A DNA stretch of 64,000 nucleotides from assembly GCA_030704615.1 (NCBI GenBank), contig CM060732.1:3286001-3350000 (forward strand), in the 5' to 3' direction. The position numbers and the translations under genes are program-made. The stretch is from Takakia lepidozioides (Eukaryota > Plantae > Bryophyta). The notes beneath the pieces were generated by a model. That model worked only from the letters and a program-made list of their open reading frames with translations, made no database searches and had not been told where the DNA came from. Positions 12,871 to 25,612 of the stretch are shown here, in pieces; the first letter of the stretch is position 1; every line of letters begins with the position of its first letter.

Positions 12871-15800
12871 TACTCATAAGACGTTGTCTGCCGTAGCCTG
12901 TGGCCATTGACCCCGTGCCCAGTTTGAGTGGAACACAAAGGGACAGAACCTACCTTTGTCAGGGGCTGACGCCGGTAGTAAGACTTACCTTGGAATAAAC
13001 AATTGATCAGGGTTTTCCAGATATCCTCTAGAAATCCCTTTACACAAGCATCAACCTGCTGTGTGTGGTTTGCCCAATAACTAGGCCCCAAAAGGGCCTG
13101 GGCTTTTGGCTCAGCCTCGAGACTTTCAAAGTTGGTAAACAGAGGTACAGGCACGGGCAATTGCACTCTCCCTTTCCTCTCTGCTTCTGTTTGCTGTTCA
13201 AAGGTAGGCTTCCTACCCTGAGTTTAAATTTCAGTCTAGTGCCGAGAGTGGGTAGACCCTTGAGGTCATCCATGATGTCCTCCCCCATGTCGCAGACTGG
13301 AAACAAGTTCAGGGAAGTTTTCTGCCTAACTTCATTATCATCAGACGATTTCCTGGCAACAGACATGGCTTTGGACACTACAGCCTCTACGTCAGATTTA
13401 TCCAGCAGTGTCAAGACTTGCGGGCTAAGATTCAGATCCTTGAGAATCGCTTCTACTCTCTTCCGCCAGGACTTAGCCTGTTGGACAGGGCGATCCTGCT
13501 TCCAAGATATAGAGTCAATTAATTAGGATATCTGATGTTGGACGTTGCAGCTGACCCACCATCTGACCTTGAATTCATCTCGTCGGAACCTTCAGGAAGG
13601 GATGCCAAACTCACCCCGAACAGTCACATTGACTGTTTTGGAGCATGCTGACATGCACTCCTTAAGCACCCCCACTTGAATGGATTCTAGAGACTTAGCC
13701 GGGTTGGAGTTGTCAACCCATATTGCAGATGCGTACTCGAAGGCAGGTCTAAGAACGCAACAAAGCATCGTGTTTTTGACCTCAGAGTTGATCCCTCTGC
13801 AGTGGAAAAATTTAGTGAGACCCAGCATGCGCTTGCCAGTTTGAACAACTTTCTGAATATGTGCATCCCAATTACAGTTGGAGGAAAACTCAACGCCGAG
13901 GTATGTGTAGGAAGGGAGGACCGGAATCTCTTGGCTTCCCCACTGCCACTTGAGATCAACTCCTCCCTCTCCTCGGTCGTTGAATGCCACCTGTACATAT
14001 ACTGACGTTAGCCTCTAGCCTCCAACGGTCAAAGTATCTCTTCGCACAATCAATCAACTCCTGGAGATTGGAAGGAGTCTCCCCTATGCCTTCGAAGTCA
14101 TCCGCAAACATAAGGGCTGGTATGGTGGCATCCCCTTAACCCAAATCCCTCACTTTCCACATCCTCGAGGAGTTGATTGATGAAAACATTGAAGAGCAGA
14201 GGGGAGAGGGTACATCCTTGAGCAACACCTTGGTCTATGTCAAAGAAGTTAGACTTCTGTCCATTAACAGTGACACAATTTTTGGTGTGAGCATACAAGT
14301 TATGGACAACTCTCCACATCTTTCCCTTGATCCCACATGACCCGAGTCGGAGCCATAGGCCGTCTCTCCACACTGTCATAAGCCTTTTTGACATCAGAAA
14401 AATACAAAATTGGGTTTCCCTTCTTTTTTCCTTCCCGGATAATCTGGCTTAGACTGAAGATATGATCCACACAGCCCCCGTTTCGCTGAAAGCCAGCTTG
14501 GCCTTCGTGGAAACAACCTCTAGATTCCAGATGAACCTCGAGACGAGTACTTATAACTCCGCAAAATATCTTGCCAACTGCATTGAGGAGCGTGATGCCT
14601 CGGTAGTTCCCCGGTTCTTCTCTGTCACACTTCTTGTATAGACTGACAATGACCCCCTGTCGCCAGCGAAAGGGGATCATTTCAGTCCTCCAGATAAGGT
14701 TAAAGAGAAGTACAAGGATCATGGGATCGCCACCGTGCTTGATAAGCTCGTTGACTATGCCATCAGGTCCACCAGCTTTATATCCGTTTAAATAATCAAT
14801 TGCTTCCACAATCTTAGAAGAACTAATGGGAGCGGTGTAAGCCTTTGAAATATACTCCAATTCATTAGGGCTGTCTTGAATCATAGGAACAGTTTTTCCA
14901 GCTGTGTCCTTCCATTCTTCAGAGGACCCCTCAGTGTTAGACCTAGAAATTCTGCCAAGAATACTGTAGTGGGTTTCAAAGGTTTTGCCAATGTCAACCG
15001 TTTGAAGTCACCACTGCACCCTTAGTAGTCCTCGCGCTTGTACTTGCTGACAGTTTTTCGGCTTGTACAAACGTTGAAGGGCCAACCAGAGACTCTTGTC
15101 ATTACCACCATGGTGGTTTGAGTTTATTTCACTGTATAGCTTGTCCCAGTATTCTTCTGAGACCTTACAAGCTGATTGACATCTTTGCGGATCTGGTAGT
15201 ACTTAGCCCAGAATTCTTTATTCGTATGCAAATTGCAGCACTCTTTATAGAGGACTCGTCTCTCAGCTATCTTGAGTTCAATCTCATTGGTCCACCAATT
15301 AACAGCTCTACCGCACACATACTGCAAACCCTTGTTGATAATTTGACAACTGTCACACAAGAAATCACGGACAAAGAAGCCAACCCCTTTTTGACCACGT
15401 TTGGCGGAGGCTGCCTTAAGAGCACACATCTTACCGATCCACTTGTAACCACTGACATCTCCAACCAGTTTTTCTGAAGTTTCCCATGTCTCTTGCCCAG
15501 CACAGAGATGAATATCATTTTCCTGAAGAACTTGTCCCACTTCGAATTGTTTCCTTTGGTTAGTCAGCCCTGAGAAATTGAAGGTGCCCAGCCACAAGCC
15601 AGCCCTTTGCATATGAATTGTTTGTCGTCTATGTAGCCTATGGTTGCTCCTGGACGGCCAACCGTTCTGCAAAGGGGGGACAATTACCCCTTGTGTAGAT
15701 TTTGCTCGTCTTGTGTAAAAGTTAAGGATTGGTAAACCATTCAGAGTACCAAATCCTTCAGTCACACGACACTCAGGCTCAGCACTCTTAGGGTCAGTTT

Positions 15801-18800
15801 GTCTCTTTGACTGCTTGGAATCAACCTCATCCAGTGCATCAAACTGCTTAGAAACTTGCAAGTGAAGTCCCTGCCCTTGGTTGTCTTCCTAGAGTGCCTC
15901 ATTGAATCACCAATGTCTAAGACCACTCTCCAGCCAGTCAAGGGACAAACTTCTTTGAGATTGAATTGATGTGAGACTCTATTTGTAGCATTTTTGGGCA
16001 TTGCAACCTGGGGAGTGTTGTGATAAATGGGAGGTAATGTATTGGTAGAATTTGCAGGCTCTAAGTTTAAGCACAAGGACCAACCCTAGCCCAAGTGCCC
16101 AGTATGCTAGACAGAGCATACAACTGCCCAATTTGGGCGGAGGGGCTGCCCCCAAGCGGTAGGGGTCCGCTTGTTACCATTCAGAGATCACACTCCAGGG
16201 AGCTGCAGGGAATAGCCCGCGTAGGCATATTCTAAAGAGGGAGAGGCTCCAAACTCTCCAACTAAATCCAATGCACTACCTCACCTGAAGCAAAGCGCTT
16301 CAGGTCAAAACAAACAAAGACATGGGGTCACAAGGCGGCATTTACTCAGAGACATTTATGTAGTCCCGTATCAAGTCCACCCGATGGCAATAGGCTTCCT
16401 AGAGGACAGGGAGAGAGAGAGAGAGAGAGGACGCCAACCAAAGTCAGCGTAACTAAGAGCCATGTCACCTTGCGGCTACTGTGTCCTGCGGGGGTGGGCC
16501 CTATTTGAAGAGTGAGCCTATCTTTGGGCCGGATTGTTTTCTAGTTTGCGTTTGTTGGTGATGATAGCTGTAAGGGAGCGGATGGCAATGAGGTGTATCT
16601 CCTTAAAACACGTGGAGATGCACCTGAGGGGTAGGTTAAGGTCAAAGTGTAGAGAGTTTAGGCAGCGGGAGTGGATGCCCCTCTAACTCCCGCTGTGATG
16701 ATAGTGAGGGGCCCAACACGCCACCCATGCTGACGAAGGGCAAGAATCAAGGGAGCGTATTTGACCCGTTTTGCTAATAGTGCTTGTTCCTGGTAAGGAT
16801 AGAGACAGTGTAGAAAGAGAGGGAAAAGAGTATTACCTCTCCAAAGGAAGGGTACCCCTTACTTGTCATTTTAATGTGCTTTGTCACATTGTCTTTTAGA
16901 TCAATTTATGCTTGATTTCAATGGAGGGAATGCAGCAGCTGATTTGAAAAAAGGAATTTGGTTGATTTTTTCTTTTGAACTTGGTGGTATCCTGTCTTTC
17001 TCCTCTTGTACTCTCACCATGTTTTCACCCTGGCTCTGACATTTGTTGGATTGGGACAATACAGGCAAGCCAAGGATGTCATAAAATTGCTCAAGAAGCG
17101 CCTTGGTAACAAGAACCCCATGGTTCAGATTCTTGCACTTACAGTGAGTAGGCCTACTATTGACTGAGAAGTGGGCATTGTGATTAAGATGGGGATATCC
17201 AGCTGAAATCTTGGACAGAGTGGGTCCCGAGTTGGGTTTGAAAGGTGTGAGACAGTAGTAATACCCCACTCAAGGAAAATCAAGCCTTGAGTTTCTGCAA
17301 AGTACACAGACGTAGAAGATTATAACACGGGTGATGTCTGCTCTACATGGTATTGTAGAGTTATGAATGATGTAAAAAAGGTTAATTTGATTCTGGCAAG
17401 TGGAAGTTTTTGAAAAAATCATATCTATAGGCACTGAATGGTGCAGGCTTGATTGCTATTTTTGTCCATTTGTGAATGAGCAAGTTGTGTTGAGGTTTGT
17501 AATGTCGAAGATATTCACACTTGAATGGTGTCCCCGGAGCAGGGAAGAGTGGGGGCAAAGGGCAGAGGGGGAAGAGCAGAGGCAGCTATCTGTACGGGGG
17601 CCTCAGAGTCAGAGATTGTACTCATAAGACGTTGTTTGCCGTAGCCTCAGAGTCAGAGAGATTAGTTCTATGAGAGAAGATAATATGTTTTGTGTATGGG
17701 TCCATGGTTCTGAGATGGATATTTGTGTTATAATGGTAGGCTTGAATGCATTGTTATCTCAACACTGTTGATGAGTTGTTGTATGCACTGTTGGAGACTT
17801 GGGATTCTGAGAATCTAAACATGGGTTGCTATTGTAGGTTCTGGAAACCCTTACCAAGAACTGTGGAGACAGTGTTCATCAACAGGTTGCAGAGAAAGAT
17901 GTTCTGCATGAAATGGTGAAAATTGTCAAAAAGAAAGTAAGTTCAAGCGTTACTTTGGACATCCCCCTCTCCCCTAATACCAGGGTTTTTCCTCTACCTT
18001 TGTCTCTGCCCTTTCCCAGACACATGTGCTTGGCAGTTTCACAGCTGTGCGCAGATTGGGGCAACAGAACGAGTGCTGACATGAACATTCAGTTTCTGGG
18101 AGGTTGAGATCAGCTTGTACCTCCGATCAGATTGTCATTTGGTGGCTGTAAGTGCTATGGTGATCTCTCAATGAGTGTCATACACCCTGCCAGGCTGAAC
18201 ACCTGACACACTGAGACACTTGTACTGGGACTTTTAAGTGCAAGGAGGATAAATTTATTTCAAGGATGAGATGTATGGCAGAGGTTTCTCCTGGCACAAA
18301 ATGTAAATGGGCTTATCTCATGGCAGCAATGAACCTGTAGGGACAGGATTCTTTGTGCTTGCTGATACTCGCTGTAAAGTCAGCCTTGCTTTTGTAAACA
18401 GAACTGCGTTCTTTGTGGACATCCTGTGTCTTAATTGCAGGCAGACATGCGAGTGAGGGACAAGATCCTGGTGTTACTGGATACATGGCAAGAAGCTTTT
18501 GGGCGTTCAAAGGGACAATATCCGCAGTATTACCTGGCCTATGACGAGTTGCGGGTATGTTTATGAAGCCATTCCTGGCTTTTATTTGACATATGACTCA
18601 GGTTTGTAGTTGTGTATTCCAACTCACTTCCTGTCTGCCTCCAGCTCCATTGCAATCCTGTCCTCCTCGCCCCTTTTTAGCAGTATGTCACAGGGCCACT
18701 GCAAGCACAATCTACCATTGTCTTGCTCTTGGTTCTGGAGATCATTTGTATCTCCAAATGGGAGACCGTCCTTTGTATTGAGTCACTGCTGAAGCCAGGG

Positions 18801-21800
18801 CGTTGCTTGTGCTTCAGCGTGCAGGTGTAGAGTTTCCACAGCGTACTGGTGAGCCGTCAGTGCCTATCTTCACTCCTCCTCAATCACAGCCTATTGTCAC
18901 TGGGTACCCAGTTACGCCTGGACATGGTTCCCCAGAGTTCATCTCTCCAAGGGTAGAGAGAGAAATGGCAAATGACAGCTTTCCAGCCATGAGGTATGAC
19001 ACCGAGCCAACTACTTTGCATTAGTAAATGGAATGTCTGACATCAACGGGTCAGTCATGGCTGAACTACTTACTCGCTGTGATTCTCCAATCTCCACCTA
19101 GTCCTCATAATGTTTAGAAATGTTAAGTTGGATTTTGCAGAATGCACATCCATCGCAATGGCAAGAAGAGCGCACTAGTACAACATACCAAAAGTTGAAT
19201 GGGACGTGAGTGCTGTTGATGCCACTAAAGCTTGTGGAATCTAACTAGACGGGAGATTTTATATTTCATGCAGAAAGTCAGTGTAATGAACATGCACTTA
19301 GTGTGATAGTTGGCAGTGCTTCAGTGGCAGAGTGATTACAAGCATCTGGTATTTTTGTGTCTGCATATTGAACATGTACTTAGTGTGGTAGTTGCTGATG
19401 CATTGGGGACCTAGACCTGACAAGCTTCTGAAACTTATTTGCAGCTTGACAGACATTGAAACGTCACGCAGCATGATTGAAGTTCTATCAGAGATGCTGA
19501 GTGCTCTAGACCCACATGATACGGCGGTGAAGTTTGTTAACCTTCTTGATCTTCCCCTCATTTAATGGGTTGTTTGTGGTTGGTTTGGTCTGTAGTGAGA
19601 AACAAAAGAAAAAAGCAGTCACAGACATCTTTAATTCCTAACTTTCTTAGGAAAAGGTGGTGATTCTAGTGTTCACCAAACCCCAGCTTATATATTTCCT
19701 TACAAGTGCCATGGGGTCTTTTGCCAGTCTGTAAAGAGAAACAAGGTAGTTCTTGGTTTGTTATGCATATGTGGCTAGTAAAGCTTCTCATGACAACGTG
19801 CAGGCAGTTGTGGATGATGTGATAGTGGAACTTGTGGATCAGTGCCACATGAATCAGCGGCGTGTCATGCAACTTGTGAACACCACCTCGTATGCTATCT
19901 CTCTCGGTCTCATGCTGTGTGGGCAAAGAAAATGTTCTGTATTCCACTGGAAATCTGGAAGATTTAATACAGTTGCTTGCCTGATTCACATCTCCCTCTT
20001 CTCTTTCTGAATCTCTCTCTTGCACGGATCTGCTATATGGGTTGATAACTCCAACCAGGCTAAGTCTCTAGAATCCATTCAAGTGGGGGTGCTTAAGGAG
20101 TGTATGTCAGCATGCTCCAAAACAGCCAATGTGGCTGTTCGGGGTGAGTTTGGCATTCTGTCCTTAAGCTCCCGACGAGATGAATTCAAGGTCAGATGGT
20201 GGGGTCAGCTGCAACATATGCCCAACACCAGATATCCTAAGTTAATCGACTCTATATCTTGGAAACAGGACCGCCCTGTCAAACAGGCTAAGTCCTGGCA
20301 GAAGAGAGTAGAAGAGATCCTCAAGGACCTGGACCTGGATCCGCAAGTCTTGACCCTGCTGGATAAATCTGACTTAGAGGCTGTAGTGTCCTCAGCCATG
20401 TCTGTTGCCATGAGATTGTCTGATGAAAATGAAGTTAGGCAGAAAACTTCCCTGAACTTGTTTCCACTCTGTGACATGGGGGAGGACATCTTGGATGACC
20501 TCAAGGGTCTACCCACTCTCGGCACTAGACTGAAATTTAAACTCAGGGCAGGAAGCCTACCTTTGAACAGCAAACAGAAGCAGAGAGGAAAGGGAGAGTG
20601 CAATTGCCCGTTGTGTGGGCAATCTGAAGACAGTATTCATTTTCTGATACACTGTCCGGGGTTCTCTCACCAAAGAGACGCTTTCTTCAAATCTATCAAG
20701 GGAATTGTGCCTGTACCCCTGTTTACCAACTTTGAAAGTCTCGAGGCTGAGCCAAAAGCCCAGGCCCTCCTGAGGCCTAGTTTTTGGGCAAATCACACAC
20801 AGCAGATTGATGCTTGTGTGAAGGGATTTCTAGAGGATATCTGGAAAACCCGGATTAATTCTATATATGAAGGTAAGTCTTACTACCAACGTCAGCCCCT
20901 GACAGAGGTAGGTTCTGTCCCTTTTGTTCCCGCTCAAACTGGGCGCGGGGTCAATGGCCACAAGGCTACGGCAAACAACGTCTTATGAGTACAATCTCTT
21001 GCACAGTGTGACGAGGGCAAGCAAAGCCTGATGAACTTACACCTGCACAAAACTAGCAGTACAAACATAGCCGCATGTGTCAGTGTATCAGATTTAGGGC
21101 AAGAGCAGCAGTGCAGGATCAGATGGTGTTTTCCTGGGTGATGTCTTTGCTAGCCCTTGCGTCAACACCCTGCATGCAGACTGAGGGCGGTTGTGTGCAA
21201 GCCCTATTGCGTGCAATATGAGGGCTGTGAGACACTTGTGAGTAGGACCCACCAACAACTCTAGAAGGGTTGGTATCCCATGTTCCAGCTGGGTATACTA
21301 GAGGGCATAGTGTGTCCAAGGATTGTTGACACCATCCCATACTGTTTAGGGGGCAGGGGGCAGTGAAGACTTAGACAACCTGTGAAATAGCAAGTGGTGG
21401 TAGTGAAGTTCTCTTGAACATCTCAAGGGCAAGCCTCCTAGAGAAGCAGTGGAGGAGATGTAGTCCAAAAACTAGGAAGGCCACAGAATTTGTGTGAATG
21501 AGGTGAAGCCCGGCAGGATCTATTCTGAGCTTCTTTACAGTGTCAACAAGTGGCACTGAAGGTCTACCTCAGGGCCCTTGCCCTCGCTGGGCACTAGGTG
21601 AAGTCCAAACTAGGAGTGGGTTCCTCACCTTTATATAGTAGTTAACCCAGCTGGGAAAATGGGAATCCAGACTCCACTCTATGGGCATCAAGATGAGGAT
21701 AGGGACATCCTCTGATGCGTTGTAAAGGGTACTCTTCTGAGTAAGAGAGACTCCTTGAAAAAATGAAACAGTACACTGCACCAGTTTGTCCTACGGGCCG

Positions 21801-23598
21801 AAGCTTGAGGCAACGCCAAAAGCTGTGGCCTTTCTCAGTTATGAATGCTGGCAGTCTACCCTGTAATGGCAGTGGGCTTCAATCTACTCTTCTCCCCTCC
21901 CTGGCGCCCCCCTGTTCGCTCTGGTGTGCCTGCTGTACGACCTTGAAAGGAATGGATAATTTGTTGGCCTACATGAGGGAGCAGAGATAGACAGTCAGTT
22001 CGTAGTCAGCATTCTGTGTTTGCTTGCATCACTCCACTTCAGTTACCTTTCAAATGTAACTCTGGAGTTTACTTCACACTTCATACTTACACTCGCTTAC
22101 ATCCATTGGTTACCCTGATTTGTATTGCCTGACAGTGACGAGGAGTTGCTACGTCAGGGGCTAGCATTGAATGATGACCTGCAGCGTGTGCTTGCTCAGC
22201 ATGATGCAATTGCTTCTGGGTCTCCATTGCCAGCTGAGTCAACAGAATACCTTGCTCGTTTTGACCATGAGGAAGAGGAGCCAGAGGATGATTTTGCACA
22301 ACTGGCCCACAGGTACACATAGACTTTCATTTGTTAAGTTCCCTTAGTAGGTGAGAGTGTAAAGGTGATTCATTATGTTCGTATTGCTGGCTTTTACTCG
22401 TCCTTAACAAGTGCTCATTTGCAGGTCATCATCTCGATTGCGATTGCAAGGCAAGAGCCAGAGCCAGAGCTCGACCATCATCCCAGGAAACAAGCCAAAT
22501 GTACCACAGCTGGCATTGCCCCCACCCCCACAATCAAACAAGAAGGTTGGCTCAGCAAAGAGCCTTGCTGGGCAGCGAGAGCAAGCAGTGGATCTACTCA
22601 GTGGTGACTTGTTTGGTGACAAGTCAGCACAGTCCACTGCAACTACCTCACCTCCAGTCACCCCTCCCACTCAGCTGGCCCTACTAGACCCACCTCCGCA
22701 GGGTGCACAAAATCCCTTTGCATCAAGTCCAGACTTTCAGGCCACCCCAAGCTCTCAGCCTCTGTATGGGTCCTCATCCCAGCAGCAACAGTTTGGGCAA
22801 ACCAATGGAAACACAACAAGTCCTCCCTCCCAAGGCTACCAACAGCGGCAAAATATGCAGGGGCAGCCTTCTGGTCAACCCCAAAGCAACTATGCTGTCC
22901 CATGGTCAGCAGCTGCTCGGGGGGCTGGCCTCACCCTCAGCTCACAGCATCGTGCCTTGATCTATGGAGAGCAACAGCCCCAATTGGCCATGTCATCCTC
23001 CGGGCAGCAATCAGCTGTGCAGCCATTACCAGGGCAGCAATTACAAGGTGAGCAGCAAGGGCACAGCCAGCAGTCACAAGGGCTTCCAGGGCAGGGGCAG
23101 CACTTGCAAGTGGGGTACAATATTTCTTCTCCATGGGGTGGGGTAAATGGGCCACAGCCAATGAGTCCACAGCCGCGGGCTATGCTGTATGGGTCACAAA
23201 CAAACACTGTGACAGTGCTCCCTCCACCTCCAGGTCAGCACACTCAGAGGCAGCAGTTCTTTCAGCAGCAGCAGCAACTGGCTCAAGGTAGTCATGACCC
23301 CTACAAGATGAGCTATGGGGGTGCGACACACAGTGATATCTCAGGGCAGACTCACAACCTCTCTCTCCAGGGTACAAGCCAGTACATGCAGAACCAGCCA
23401 ATAGGAGGCCAGTATGGACAAAAAGGTATGGCACCCAATGCACAGCAGCAGGTGCCGACTCCGGCTAAAGAAGTCAACCCTGCTGACAAATTGTTTGAGG
23501 ATTTGGTGGATTTGCGAAGTGTAAACGCAAAATTTAAGGCAGCTGGAATTGTGGGTAACTTGTCCAGGCCAAGTACTAGTAAGGCCGGAAGTCTGTAA
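10175..23598 (+). CDS. TOL: TOM1-like protein (VHS + GAT domains, Q/P-rich tail); 9 coding exons, 696 aa
   Basis: Exons 10175-10278, 17065-17143, 17838-17936, 18441-18554, 18818-18993, 19445-19526, 19804-19889, 22136-22312 and 22425-23598 all have GT-AG boundaries with consistent phases (2091 nt in total). VHS: [31 protein letters not shown]...[13 protein letters not shown]...[18 protein letters not shown]: VELVDQC...[25 protein letters not shown]. Confidence 0.95.
12868..16410 (-). mobile_element. Degenerate, near full-length LINE (APE endonuclease, RT, C-terminal region; RTEX-like) in TOL intron 1, flanked by (GA)n on both sides
   Basis: [12 protein letters not shown]...CAGQETW (15124..15861). 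[13 protein letters not shown]...EGQAGF...[26 protein letters not shown] and YTYLGVEF. Multiple frameshifts. (GA)n at 12840-12867 and 16411-16429. Confidence 0.9.
17065..17143 (+). CDS. TOL: TOL exon 2
   Basis: CAG|[27 protein letters not shown] |GTGAG. Confidence 0.92.
17616..17644 (-). mobile_element. 29-bp 3' stub of the same LINE with a 15-bp TSD
   Basis: TTGTACTCATAAGACGTTGTTTGCCGTAG is the reverse complement of the LINE 3' end. It is flanked by CCTCAGAGTCAGAGA at 17601-17615 and 17645-17659. Confidence 0.88.
17838..17936 (+). CDS. TOL: TOL exon 3
   Basis: TAG| [33 protein letters not shown] |GTAAG. Confidence 0.93.
18441..18554 (+). CDS. TOL: TOL exon 4
   Basis: CAG| [38 protein letters not shown] |GTATG. 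Confidence 0.93.
18818..18993 (+). CDS. TOL: TOL exon 5
   Basis: CAG| [21 protein letters not shown]...FPAM AG|GTATG. Confidence 0.9.
19445..19526 (+). CDS. TOL: TOL exon 6 (GAT)
   Basis: CAG|[28 protein letters not shown] |GTGAA. Confidence 0.9.
19804..19889 (+). CDS. TOL: TOL exon 7 (GAT)
   Basis: CAG| [30 protein letters not shown]|GTATG. Confidence 0.9.
20026..20994 (+). mobile_element. 5'-truncated copy of the same LINE (C-terminal zinc-knuckle region) in TOL intron 7
   Basis: ORF 20020..20988 contains [11 protein letters not shown]...[18 protein letters not shown] and closely matches 12868-13730 in reverse. TSD TCTCTTGCAC at 20016-20025 and 20995-21004. Confidence 0.92.
22136..22312 (+). 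CDS. TOL: TOL exon 8 (end of GAT)
   Basis: CAG|[29 protein letters not shown]...[10 protein letters not shown]|GTAC. Confidence 0.93.
22425..23598 (+). CDS. TOL: TOL exon 9 (low-complexity C-terminus)
   Basis: CAG|G SSSRLRLQ...VDLLSGDLF...NPF...[10 protein letters not shown]...KAGSL*; matches ORF 22411..23598. Confidence 0.92.
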
Positions 23599-25249
23599 TT
23601 TTATGACATTTTTGTGGCAAGTCACAGCATAGGATTGCAGGTGTGCTTTGAGCATAAAGGCTATATTACCTCTTAACGATTGTATGCTTGTTCTCTCTTC
23701 CTTTCCCCTCTTCTCTTCTTTCTCTCTTTCCCCTTGCCATCCCCTCAAGACTTCTAAAATGGATGGGAAGTTGACAGGAAGTGCATGCTTTAGCTCTGGA
23801 AACAATTTGTTTGTTGGTGATGCCTCTATGAGGAGGTTTGTCAGAATTCTGCAGTAGTGAAGACAGTAAAGCAAAAGGTATTGTAGCTATACATAGGACG
23901 TGGTGTGCGAATGTCTCTTTGTGAATAAAATGCAAATATTTTTCACTAGTGGTAATTACAAGTTGGAGGTTACTACTTGCAGTTCACCTGTGTGTTCCAA
24001 GGGAAGAGAGAACCTTGGGCATGTGTGAGGATGCTTTCTACTTACGAAGGATTAGAAGTTAGTATCTTTTTGAGGCAAAAGTCCGTTGGTCTAGAGAGAA
24101 CCTTGTCATAAGAACTTTTATATATTAGATACGGTGATACTGTGTAGACAAGGAAAAGGTGATACATCCCCTCCAGTCCCCATGAGAGAAATGTGATAGA
24201 AAGGTGACTGGATCATGCACACATTCACGTTCTCTCATAGAAGTGGTAGGACTCTAATTCATTGTTTACTGATAGCAGTTATGGTTCTGTACCCCCAGTT
24301 TGCTCTTGGTTCTAGTTTTGAGCGGTGGCTTGAGTATCTGAGTTAAGAACAACTGAAGACATTGATAATATGGTGCTTCGATGGTATGACTGGGTCATCC
24401 TGGGGAAGTGCCATCACAAAGGCTGTTTCTCGTTTGTTTCCACAAAAGTCATGTATTCCCCCACCACATGCCACCAATGGATAGGTTCTCTAGAAAGTGG
24501 TTGCGCACATTGGACGGACTGGGAAGAATTGCCGATGTGTTATTCCGATTCATGAGGAATGGTAATTGAAATTTTCACACTTGGACAGCGCAAATCATAC
24601 AACCATCATAGGGGTTCGCTCTGTGAAGACTCATTTTGTGCGTGACAGGATATGCTTGTCCTCTCCTAGATGTCATTTTTTTTTTTTTTTTTTGGTCAAG
24701 GGGTGTGAACAAGAAGAGCAAGCTCTGCGGACGAGAAGGGGATCTTGCGCGTAGAGGAAGTCTGATACACACTGACACAGGGCCGAGCTACACGGCATGC
24801 ACATCCAACACCATGTACACAGAAAATACACTTTTTCATCAAAAGACCGCCAACCCGAGGTCTGCCCGGGCTTATACATCAGACCTAGGGTTGAGCCCGC
24901 CTGCCACGTGGCGAGGCGTGCTAGGCCCGTCGTAGGGGCACTGCATCTAGGGCATGGAATGAGTGAATGGCCAAGATCGAGCCAACATACTAGGGTTAAT
25001 CATGCATACTCATGAAATGTCAGGGATGCCTCGGCCGTGAGCCTGGTCGCGTGAGCGCAGCTGCGCTCACGCCACGTCACCTTGCGCCCACGCCACATCA
25101 CCGGGCTCACTCCACGTCATCGCGCTTAAACGCCGCGTCACCGCGCGCCAAGGAAGAAGCAGAGTGTATTTCCGCGGAAGAGCACCCTTAACCGCGGAAA
25201 CAAGTTGGACGACATAATAAAAGGACGTGGTCATTCCCACCTGAAAGCA

Positions 25250-25612
25250 ACAGATGAATGCAGGATGGATGAATGTAGAGTGGATGAGAAATAGATGGAT
25301 GAGTGCGAACAATGCAAGCAGATGGATGAATGTGGGATGGATGAGAGTACAATGGATGAATGTACAATGGATGTTGAATAATGGAAAACATTCATGAATG
25401 GAGGATGCATGAATACACAGTAGATGAATGCACAATGTATATGACATGAGTGTGTGGGGTTTGTGGGATGGATTCGAGAGTACAGTGGATGAATGTACAA
25501 TGGATGTTGAATAATGGAAAATAATCATGAATGGAGGATGCATGAATACACAATAGATGAATGCACAATGGATATGACATGAGTGTGTGGGGTTTGTGGG
25601 ATGGATTCATGA
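25250..25612. repeat. TGGATGAATG-rich minisatellite including a 133-bp tandem duplication
   Basis: Units start at 25343 and 25476 (GAGAGTACA.TGGATGAATGTACAATGG...GGGATGGATTC). Confidence 0.85.

Noticed and set aside
20020-20988. 322-aa ORF as a host gene or TOL exon
   Set aside because: It is a TSD-flanked LINE 3' fragment, and TOL exons 7 and 8 join in phase without it.
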